Source: Paludibacteraceae bacterium
GTDB lineage: Bacteria > Bacteroidota > Bacteroidia > Bacteroidales > Paludibacteraceae
Assembly (NCBI GenBank): GCA_017649635.1
Contig: JAGCGM010000027.1
Coordinates: 989 to 64,988 of the forward strand
DNA length: 64,000 nucleotides
Reading direction: 5' to 3'
In this document: piece by piece, positions 56,853 to 64,000 of the stretch
Position numbering within the stretch: position 1 is the first letter of the stretch
Layout: each line of letters begins with the position of its first letter
Notes under the pieces: model-generated
Told to the model about the DNA's origin: nothing
The model's database searches: none
The model's input: only the letters and a program-made list of their open reading frames with translations
Program-made: the position numbers and the translations under genes

Positions 56853-57520
56853 TGGCCCGCAGGAAAAACAGGAAAGATGCGCATCCCGTTGGTTATGTCC
56901 TGATTGCCGATGGCGACACCGAAAAATGGTACGTTGAGTTGGTTAAGGATTATTATGGACTAAAGGTAAAGATACAGCCGGAGTTGTCATGCGGTTCGAT
57001 AACGGATCAATACGAATTGGTGAAAGAATCGATCGCGAAGGGATATGAGCATGTTTTTTGGATGATTGATTTCGATTGTGTCCTGAAGGAAAACAAGGAA
57101 ACCAAGAGTGCCAATAGCGTTTTGCAAAGTTTCAAGAGTTGTTACCAGAAGGCCAAAAGCAGGAAGGAATGGAAAGATAAGCTGACCATCATAGTGAATA
57201 ATCCATGTCTTGAATATTGGTTTTATCTGCACATGAACCCGCTCTCGACGAAATATTTCGGGACATACAAGGAACTGTTGCCTGAATTGCGGAAGTTTAA
57301 GATTGACGACAACTTGTTTGGGAAGTACAATAAAAGCAAGAAGGACTTCTACAGCAGTCCGAAGAATCTGTTCGAGAAGCTACTGCCATACAAGCGAATG
57401 ATCGATTCAGAGCCATTAAAATCCTTTGACATCGAGGCATGCCAGCAAGAAAGCGTCTCGGAAATGCCTAAATTGTTCGAAACGTTAGAAAAGGGGATGC
57501 ATAGCGGGCAGAAAGAATAA
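56852..57520 (+). CDS. RloB-like protein (AbiLii-like, TOPRIM-related partner of the ATPase)
   Basis: Motif order VLIADGDTEKWY ... VFWMIDFD ... IVNNPCLEYWFYLHM matches RloB-family signatures (CEGxxTE / VxDxD / NPCFELW). TAATG 1-nt overlap with the ATPase gene. Confidence 0.65.
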   Translation: MARRKNRKDAHPVGYVLIADGDTEKWYVELVKDYYGLKVKIQPELSCGSITDQYELVKESIAKGYEHVFWMIDFDCVLKENKETKSANSVLQSFKSCYQKAKSRKEWKDKLTIIVNNPCLEYWFYLHMNPLSTKYFGTYKELLPELRKFKIDDNLFGKYNKSKKDFYSSPKNLFEKLLPYKRMIDSEPLKSFDIEACQQESVSEMPKLFETLEKGMHSGQKE

Positions 57521-57523
57521 AGA

Positions 57524-57653
57524 AATGCGCCTACATGCGAGGCGAGGCGACCTCCGTACAGACGCAAAATTTTGCGTCTCTACAATGCCTAACCAAAATA
57601 TGCAAAATTTGTAAGTCATTTACAAAAATTACATATTTTTCACCATATACTAT
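57524..57653. repeat. Repeat module: palindrome unit plus a 58-bp AT-rich tail, a direct repeat of 55352-55478
   Basis: About 90% identical by hand alignment to 55352-55478. Contains palindrome AGACGCAAAATTTTGCGTCT at 57560-57579. The last 58 bp differ at a single base. Confidence 0.85.
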
Positions 57654-57794
57654 TTCTAGAATAGAGAATAAAAAATGCTTTGACAAGGTCAGAGAAAATA
57701 TTATAGAGCTCCTGATCATAAATATAGTTTTTTTGTATTCACAATGTAATACAATAGGGTAATTTGTATAAAAACGATAAAGCCTTGGAAATAA

Positions 57795-60071
57795 ATGTTG
57801 AATTATGATTTTCATAATTTGTTAAGTGCATATGAGTTCGAATGCTTTTCTCGTGACTTAATAAACGCACATGAAAAACTTAATTTGGGCAATTTTGCGG
57901 AAGGGAAAGATGGCGGAATTGACCTTCGTTGTACTTATGGGGAAGAGACTGTGATTGTTCAAGTCAAACGATACATGAACTATAATGAACTAAAAAGCAC
58001 ATTGAAGAAAGAGGTTGATAAAGTACGAAAACTTAACCCCACGCGATATCTGCTAACAACATCTGTAGACCTAACTCCAGATAACAAAAAAGAGATAGCA
58101 AAATTGTTCCATCCGTATATAAAAAGGGAAGAAGATATTTGGGCAAAACAAGATTTAAACAAAATTTTAGAAGGATACCCTAACGTTGAGCGGCAATATT
58201 ATAAGCTGTGGTTAAGTAGCACTAATGTGCTCAATACTATACTCCACAAAAATATTGTTAATTGGACGAATTTTGAAAAAAAAGAGATTGAAAATGCGGT
58301 CCGTACATATGTGATGAACGATAGCTTTAATGATGCACTAAATAAACTAATTGAAAATCGATATGTTATAATCTCAGGTGAACCTGGCATTGGAAAAACT
58401 ACATTGGCACGTGTACTAGTGATGCATCTTTTATCTCAAAAATTTGCAGACAAAAAGGATTCTACTTGCTATGAAGATTTCCAATATACAAATTACAATA
58501 TTGATGATTTGGCCAAAATGATGCAAGATAACAAGCGCCAAATATTTCTTTTTGATGATTTCCTAGGTCAGATTGCTTTTGAAAAAGGAGAAAAGAATTT
58601 TGATAGTCGAATAATACAGTTCATAAAAGCATGTCAGAGAAACCAGAATAAATTGTTTATTCTTACAACAAGAGAATACATACTTCAACAAGGACTTGCT
58701 TACTATAGTCGGTTTAATGATGGTAAAGGCATTGAATTATCAAAGTGTATCGTAGATTTGGGCAAATATACTCGGTTTGTTAGAGCACAGATTCTATATA
58801 ATCATTTGGTCGCAAATAAAATTCCACAAGCATATATAAATTCAATACTTGAAAGTAAAAACTATTTGAAAATTATTGATCACCGTAATTTTAGTCCTCG
58901 AATTATAGAGACTTTCATCAGTAATGGCACACACGAGCTATGCACTCCCATAGAATATTTTAAAAAAATAATAGGATTCTTTGACCATCCAAATAGCGTA
59001 TGGTTGGATGCTTTTCTTCGCCTTTCAACAATTGAGCAAGAAGCATTGTTGGTATTGTCAACGATGGAGACACCGGTTTTGTATAACAATTGGGAAATAG
59101 CCTATCAACATTTTTTTAAAAAAGTTCATAAAGAGGAAAACTATTTGAGTGACTCAAAATGGAAAAGTACGGTTAAAGTTTTGCAGAACAATTTTATAAA
59201 GACGGAGAAATGTCCAAATGGCATATGCGTAGAATTCCACAATCCAGGAATTAAAGATGTATTGATTGAATATATCAAAAAAGACAATATAATTAGAGAA
59301 CTATTAATCGATAATATCTATTACATTGATCAGCTTTTTGGACTATTTTGTGATTTTTACAATGCAGATATTCCGGATCGTTATCATAAAATTATAGTCA
59401 ATGCATTTGATAAATGTTGGAAGGATTTTAAATGTTGTGATAAGGTTATTTATCGGGAATTCAATAACATAACAACTTATAGCCGATTTCCAATGTCAAA
59501 AATTAGAACACTAAATAGGTTTATTTATAGGTTTAACACAGTGTTAAATGATAACCCTAATTATGTGGGGGAAAAAGTGACCCAAGAACTAATGTCAGAT
59601 GAATCATTTTATATGTCAGAACAACTAGACCTTTTGGGGAAAATTCAGATAACAGGATCTAATCTAGATATGGATTTACTATTTGAAACCTATAAAGAAA
59701 GACTATATAGTAGTGATGATTGTTTGAATTTTGCGAAATCAATAGAGCGTCTTTTCCCCAATCATCTTAATTATTTGGAAACGGATGAATTTTGTGACAT
59801 TACAGAAAAGTATTTGAGAGAAGAATTAGAGATTACTAATAATTCAGACTTAGAAGAATTAGAATCTACAGCAAAAAAATTATGTGATTATCTTCCTTCT
59901 CTTAAGAATAAGTCCGTAATCAATCTTATCGAAGATGCAAATAACGAATATTATGAATATTTAGACTCAAAATACGAATCATATCAAGATGATTATCGTT
60001 ATGAAGGCTACAATCATCGTGAAAAAGAAGATTTTGAAATAGACAGGTTATTTGCGACAATAAAAGAATAA
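57795..60071 (+). CDS. Mrr-like restriction endonuclease domain fused to a STAND-type P-loop NTPase and a helical C-terminal region (Avs-like single-gene defence candidate)
   Basis: N-terminal PD-(D/E)XK context FECFSRDLI...GKDGGIDL...IVQVKRY. Walker A ISGEPGIGKTTLARVL and Walker B IFLFDDFLG, then LFILTTRE. A winged-helix-like stretch EQEALLVLS...VEFHNPGIKDVLIEY. About 250 aa of helical C-terminus with an acidic, Tyr-rich tail. Confidence 0.65.
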   Translation: MLNYDFHNLLSAYEFECFSRDLINAHEKLNLGNFAEGKDGGIDLRCTYGEETVIVQVKRYMNYNELKSTLKKEVDKVRKLNPTRYLLTTSVDLTPDNKKEIAKLFHPYIKREEDIWAKQDLNKILEGYPNVERQYYKLWLSSTNVLNTILHKNIVNWTNFEKKEIENAVRTYVMNDSFNDALNKLIENRYVIISGEPGIGKTTLARVLVMHLLSQKFADKKDSTCYEDFQYTNYNIDDLAKMMQDNKRQIFLFDDFLGQIAFEKGEKNFDSRIIQFIKACQRNQNKLFILTTREYILQQGLAYYSRFNDGKGIELSKCIVDLGKYTRFVRAQILYNHLVANKIPQAYINSILESKNYLKIIDHRNFSPRIIETFISNGTHELCTPIEYFKKIIGFFDHPNSVWLDAFLRLSTIEQEALLVLSTMETPVLYNNWEIAYQHFFKKVHKEENYLSDSKWKSTVKVLQNNFIKTEKCPNGICVEFHNPGIKDVLIEYIKKDNIIRELLIDNIYYIDQLFGLFCDFYNADIPDRYHKIIVNAFDKCWKDFKCCDKVIYREFNNITTYSRFPMSKIRTLNRFIYRFNTVLNDNPNYVGEKVTQELMSDESFYMSEQLDLLGKIQITGSNLDMDLLFETYKERLYSSDDCLNFAKSIERLFPNHLNYLETDEFCDITEKYLREELEITNNSDLEELESTAKKLCDYLPSLKNKSVINLIEDANNEYYEYLDSKYESYQDDYRYEGYNHREKEDFEIDRLFATIKE

Positions 60072-60345
60072 TGTATTAATGTAAAAAAATACACTTAGAA
60101 ATCCATGACATCCCCCCTATATCAAATAACAAACGTATAGAAAAACTGGGAAGCGTACTCTTTCTCAAATCGCACAATTCAAACGGATCTACATATAGGA
60201 ACTATGTTTTTGATTATATGTCATTATAAAAAGTTTCGCTCCTCACAAAAAAACAAAGTTCGGTTAAATCTTCCAAAATAATGATTTGAACCCATGCAAT
60301 CGGATGGATGGAGCAGGAATCGCCTCATGATAATATCTTATATAT

Positions 60346-61218
60346 ATGCAATCGATAAAAAACACATTCAAAAACCATACAATAAGTGAATTATTTCACA
60401 TATTTGACCACAAATTCGGATTAGGAAGATTAGAATTAGCACTTGCCTCTAATTGGTTCAATCCGCTAAAAACAATATGGCTGAATTTTAGAAGTTTCCC
60501 ATTATGTCAAGCTTGGAAACTCCCGGTTTGGGTATACGGGAGACCTCGATTATATTGTTTGACTGGTTCAATGAAAGTAGAAGGTTCGGTTTCCTCTGGA
60601 ATGATTAAATTTAATAAAGACAAACATGCTGGACCTTCACTTACATCTGCACAATCCGTAATATGTAACTATGGAACAATTATTTTTCGAGGGAAAGGTT
60701 TGATTGGAACTGGCACTAAAATTGTTGTATATCACAAGTGCACCCTAGATTTAGGTAAAAACTTTAAAATAACCGATTTCTGTAATATTGGATGTCTAAA
60801 AGGAATCACAATAGGCGAACAATGCCGCATTGCCCATAGATGCCAGATTTTAGATTCCAACTATCACTATGTGGCGAACTTTACAAAACGTAATGTAAAA
60901 CGACACGGAGCCCCCATCCACTTAGGAAAAGGTTGTTGGATATGTAATTCAAGTACCATAACAGGAGGGAGTCAATTGCCAGATTTCACAATTGTTGCTA
61001 GTAATAGTTTGGTTAATAAAGATTTCTCTAACATAGAAGATTCTTCATTAATTGGAGGTATACCAGCAAAATATATTGCGACAGGTTTTAGAAAGATTGA
61101 AAACTCTAAAATAGAAAAAGAAATAAATGAGTTTTTCTCGGACTCTCAGAAAGAAGAATTTCCACTTGATGAGACTATAAGTAGAGATTTATACTCATAC
61201 GTAGATATATTCAAATAA
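60346..61218 (+). CDS. Hexapeptide-repeat (LbH) acyltransferase
   Basis: LbH repeats IGTGTKIVVYHKCTLDLGKNFKITDFCNIG...IGEQCRIAHRCQILD...LGKGCWICNSSTITGGSQLPDFTIVASNSLV. Confidence 0.7.
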   Translation: MQSIKNTFKNHTISELFHIFDHKFGLGRLELALASNWFNPLKTIWLNFRSFPLCQAWKLPVWVYGRPRLYCLTGSMKVEGSVSSGMIKFNKDKHAGPSLTSAQSVICNYGTIIFRGKGLIGTGTKIVVYHKCTLDLGKNFKITDFCNIGCLKGITIGEQCRIAHRCQILDSNYHYVANFTKRNVKRHGAPIHLGKGCWICNSSTITGGSQLPDFTIVASNSLVNKDFSNIEDSSLIGGIPAKYIATGFRKIENSKIEKEINEFFSDSQKEEFPLDETISRDLYSYVDIFK

Positions 61219-61235
61219 GAACAATCAATACGCAG

Positions 61236-62021
61236 ATGATACCAAAGATTATTCACTATTGCTGGTTCGGGGGAAACCCATTACCTGAACTTGCAATGAA
61301 ATGTATTGAAAGTTGGAGAACGTATTTCCCTGATTATGAGATAAAAGAATGGAATGAAGACAACTTTGACGTGAACATTATTCCATACACCAAAGAAGCA
61401 TATGAAAACAAAAAGTATGCATTTGTAAGTGACTACGCAAGATTTTGGATTTTATACAACCACGGAGGCATCTATTTTGACACAGACGTTGAGGTCATAA
61501 AAAAAATGGATGACATAATAGAGAAAGGCTCATTCATGGGATGTGAAAAAAAAGTAACTAAAGATTCTAGTCCAAGAGATTTAGGCATCAATCCCGGATT
61601 GGGCTTGGGATCTTCAGCAGGGCATCCTTTACTAAAAGAATTAATTGATGCTTACGCTAATATACATTTTTGTATAAATGGGGTTTTAAACCAAAAGACT
61701 ATTGTTGAATATACTACAGAGTTACTTTGCAGACATGGTCTAAAGGTAACAAACGATATTCAGGAATGTGCAGGTATATATATATATCCAAAAGATTTCT
61801 TTTGTCCTTTAAGTCTCGATAAAAACAAAGAAGATTTTACCGACAATACATGTTCCATACATCACTATATGGCTTCATGGGCTAACAAAAATATAATTGT
61901 TAGATTATATAAATTTATAAAATACAAGATCCTATTTAAATTAATACCTTCCGCTGTTATAAAAAAAATAGTAGAAAAGAAAAGGACAAGGCGGGAGTCT
62001 CATTTAGGAATAGATGATTGA
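61236..62021 (+). CDS. GT32-like glycosyltransferase (paralog of 22151..22951)
   Basis: IPKIIHYCWFGGNPLPELAMKCIESWRTYFPDYEIKEWNEDNFDVN...AFVSDYARFWILYNHGGIYFDTDVE. The N-terminal half is nearly collinear with the locus 1 copy. Confidence 0.8.
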   Translation: MIPKIIHYCWFGGNPLPELAMKCIESWRTYFPDYEIKEWNEDNFDVNIIPYTKEAYENKKYAFVSDYARFWILYNHGGIYFDTDVEVIKKMDDIIEKGSFMGCEKKVTKDSSPRDLGINPGLGLGSSAGHPLLKELIDAYANIHFCINGVLNQKTIVEYTTELLCRHGLKVTNDIQECAGIYIYPKDFFCPLSLDKNKEDFTDNTCSIHHYMASWANKNIIVRLYKFIKYKILFKLIPSAVIKKIVEKKRTRRESHLGIDD

Positions 62022-63261
62022 TAATATAGCAGAAGACGGACTTTCAAGGCAGCAATTTATTAGCGAATTTGCTATAATTGGTGTTGTTGCTCTCATATCT
62101 CCATGCGTGGCGGTATTCATAGCATTATTCTTATGCTTTGCTCAGAAAAAGAATGAGAATATTATACTTCTAATATTTTTCTTAGCGCTTTATTTAAGCG
62201 CTATTAATGCGACAAAACTGCCAGAAGGAGACCAAGAAGCATATATGTATGAATACCTGAGTATTCCCGCATACTCAATAGGGCAAACACTCACTGGCAC
62301 GAATCTAAACATGTCAGTTTTTGTGGAAAAACATGAATATGGATGGGTTATATTAAATATCGTTGGCTACTATGCAAGTTTTGGTTATTATTCACTATTT
62401 GTTGTAGAGTTTAGCCTTATAATTTATCTCCTTTTGTTCATTTCAATATATCGATTCTATAAAAAAATAAACATAGAGAATCAATACATCTCAATTATTA
62501 CAGGCATTTTAATTGTGGGGTTTTTCCCTCAACTATTTAGTCAGACCATGCATTTGGAACGACAATGTATTGCTTCTTCCATTTTTATATTTGCTTTAGT
62601 GGATTACATAAATAGAGAGAAGCCACGGTTGTGGCTATTACTACTTCCTGCATTTTTCCACACATCGCAAATACTTCTAATACTAATTGTACTAACACAT
62701 TATCTGCATTACATTTACAACAGATACAACGAATATTCTGCTAGTAGATTTTTCGTTTCATTACTAGTCTTCAGCGTAGCTATAGGATTCACTAGTGTCT
62801 TCGCAACTTTTCTAATTACGCAAGGACCTTCTTTATATGGTGTTGAAAGACTATCACACATGGGAAATTCCACAGAAGAAACACTGGATGTGTTCTTTGC
62901 TTTGAAATTAATCATTCCAATGTGTGGTATTATATTATTAAGACTAATAAAAAGCAAAGATGTTCTAGTCCCCTATGAAACCAAGTTTTATTTAGTTTAC
63001 GGATGTTTAATAATCTTTGCCATGTTAAATCCTGACAATACGATGAAATATCGATTTTTTAACATGAGTTACATGTATATGCCTTTTATTGTTCCTTTAA
63101 TGTTTAGTAGATCTCAAAACCTACATAAAGTGTATTTATTAGCAGTCTCTATTTTCTTTCCAATATTTTTCTTTACAACTTTCCATAAACATCCATTTAA
63201 TTTTGCATCTACATCAGAAATTATATTGGATAGTCTCTATTCTTTAATAACTTATAGATAA
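62014..63261 (+). CDS. Polytopic membrane protein, EpsG/Wzy-like polymerase candidate
   Basis: About 10-11 TM helices. Its position directly after (and overlapping) a GT32 gene mirrors the GT32-EpsG pair of locus 1. Confidence 0.55.
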   Translation: MIDNIAEDGLSRQQFISEFAIIGVVALISPCVAVFIALFLCFAQKKNENIILLIFFLALYLSAINATKLPEGDQEAYMYEYLSIPAYSIGQTLTGTNLNMSVFVEKHEYGWVILNIVGYYASFGYYSLFVVEFSLIIYLLLFISIYRFYKKINIENQYISIITGILIVGFFPQLFSQTMHLERQCIASSIFIFALVDYINREKPRLWLLLLPAFFHTSQILLILIVLTHYLHYIYNRYNEYSASRFFVSLLVFSVAIGFTSVFATFLITQGPSLYGVERLSHMGNSTEETLDVFFALKLIIPMCGIILLRLIKSKDVLVPYETKFYLVYGCLIIFAMLNPDNTMKYRFFNMSYMYMPFIVPLMFSRSQNLHKVYLLAVSIFFPIFFFTTFHKHPFNFASTSEIILDSLYSLITYR

Positions 63262-63266
63262 TAATA

Positions 63267-64000
63267 ATGAAAGGGAAAAAAATATTATGGGTTTCTCCAT
63301 GGTTTGGCAATTATAGAGTTCCAGTATATGATCAAATAAATAAATTGTCAGATAATAGGTTTTATTTAATTTGTGCAGAAGATGCAACATCAGAATTAGT
63401 ACGAAATAAATTAAAAACTGTTCTGAGAGAAAATGTTAGTATTCTACAAAATTGCAAACATTTTTTCATAGGAAATAAATCTACAACGTTTGCCAATATG
63501 TGTATTGAAATTAAATGGCAACCTGGATTGTATCGTGAAATTAAAAAAATAAATCCAGACGTGATAATTGTAGAGGGTTTTGGCAGTTGGTCTCCCGCAG
63601 GTGTTTTATATTCCATTCTTCATAGAAAAAAACTATGTATGTTTTATGAAAGGACATCTTATGTGGAACGAAATGCAAAATGGATTTCCATAATTTATCG
63701 TAAAATAATAGGAAAGTTTGTAGATTGTTTTTTAGTTAATGGGAAACTTACGGAAGAATATTTACAAAAAGGGCTAGGATTTTCAAAAACAGCCATAAGG
63801 AAAGGATGCATGGCTGCAGATAGCAAAGGATTATATGATGCAGTATCTTCCGTCACTAAAGAACAAATAATAAATTATAAAGAAAAGATGCACCTAAAAG
63901 AAGGTCTAACATACTTGTTTGTTGGACAATTAGTTAAGCGTAAAGGTGTAGTTGAACTATTGAATGCATGGAACACACATATAAGCACATATCCATATGA
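63267..64000 (+). CDS. GT-B (GT4-like) glycosyltransferase, N-terminal part (runs off the right edge)
   Basis: Absent from the ORF track (no stop in the window). From ATG 63267 it reads MKGKKILWVSPWFGNYRVPVYDQ...DVIIVEGFGSWSPAGV...YLFVGQLVKRKGVVELL and stays open to 64000. Confidence 0.6.
   Translation, partial: MKGKKILWVSPWFGNYRVPVYDQINKLSDNRFYLICAEDATSELVRNKLKTVLRENVSILQNCKHFFIGNKSTTFANMCIEIKWQPGLYREIKKINPDVIIVEGFGSWSPAGVLYSILHRKKLCMFYERTSYVERNAKWISIIYRKIIGKFVDCFLVNGKLTEEYLQKGLGFSKTAIRKGCMAADSKGLYDAVSSVTKEQIINYKEKMHLKEGLTYLFVGQLVKRKGVVELLNAWNTHISTYPY

Overview
The window looks like a Bacteroidales (Bacteroidota) chromosomal segment. Supporting signs are TAnnTTTG promoter boxes, a UpxY-type antiterminator and capsule loci led by WecA/Wza/Wzc genes. 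All calls rest on motifs read by eye from the ORF track and the raw sequence; no database search was possible.

Layout:
- 1-13.2 kb: the 5' end of pheT (minus strand, missing from the ORF track), a membrane acyltransferase and a secreted alpha/beta hydrolase. Next come three tandem DjlA-like TM-TerB-J-domain genes facing a fourth TerB-like membrane protein. That fourth gene ends a tightly packed six-gene minus-strand string: beta-helix lipoprotein, EEP nuclease/phosphatase, LytS-type kinase, LytTR regulator, FAD protein, TerB protein.
- 13.8-53.9 kb: three consecutive capsule/EPS loci on the plus strand.
  - Locus 1 (13785-27215) has no UpxY and no flippase.
  - Locus 2 (27447-48341) starts with UpxY. 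It repeats the wecA-wza-wzc module of locus 1 and carries an ACP / two KASIII / SDR / NeuD-type acyltransferase cassette, two adjacent flippases and ECA-like wecB/wecC/wecG genes.
  - Locus 3 (48563-53862) is GC-rich. Its wza-wzc pair is bracketed by a perfect 20-bp inverted repeat.
- 53.9-60.3 kb: an accessory island built from a family of 20-bp palindrome-containing repeats. The repeats bracket an Rpn-type PD-(D/E)XK gene, an ABC-like ATPase + RloB-like pair and a single-gene Mrr-nuclease/STAND-NTPase candidate.
- 60.3-64 kb: very AT-rich capsule genes resume (LbH acyltransferase, GT32, EpsG-like polymerase, partial GT4).

The most interesting signal is the repeat-bracketed defence-like island sitting inside a capsule locus, especially the 758-aa Mrr-STAND protein. 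No rRNA, canonical tRNA or CRISPR array was seen.
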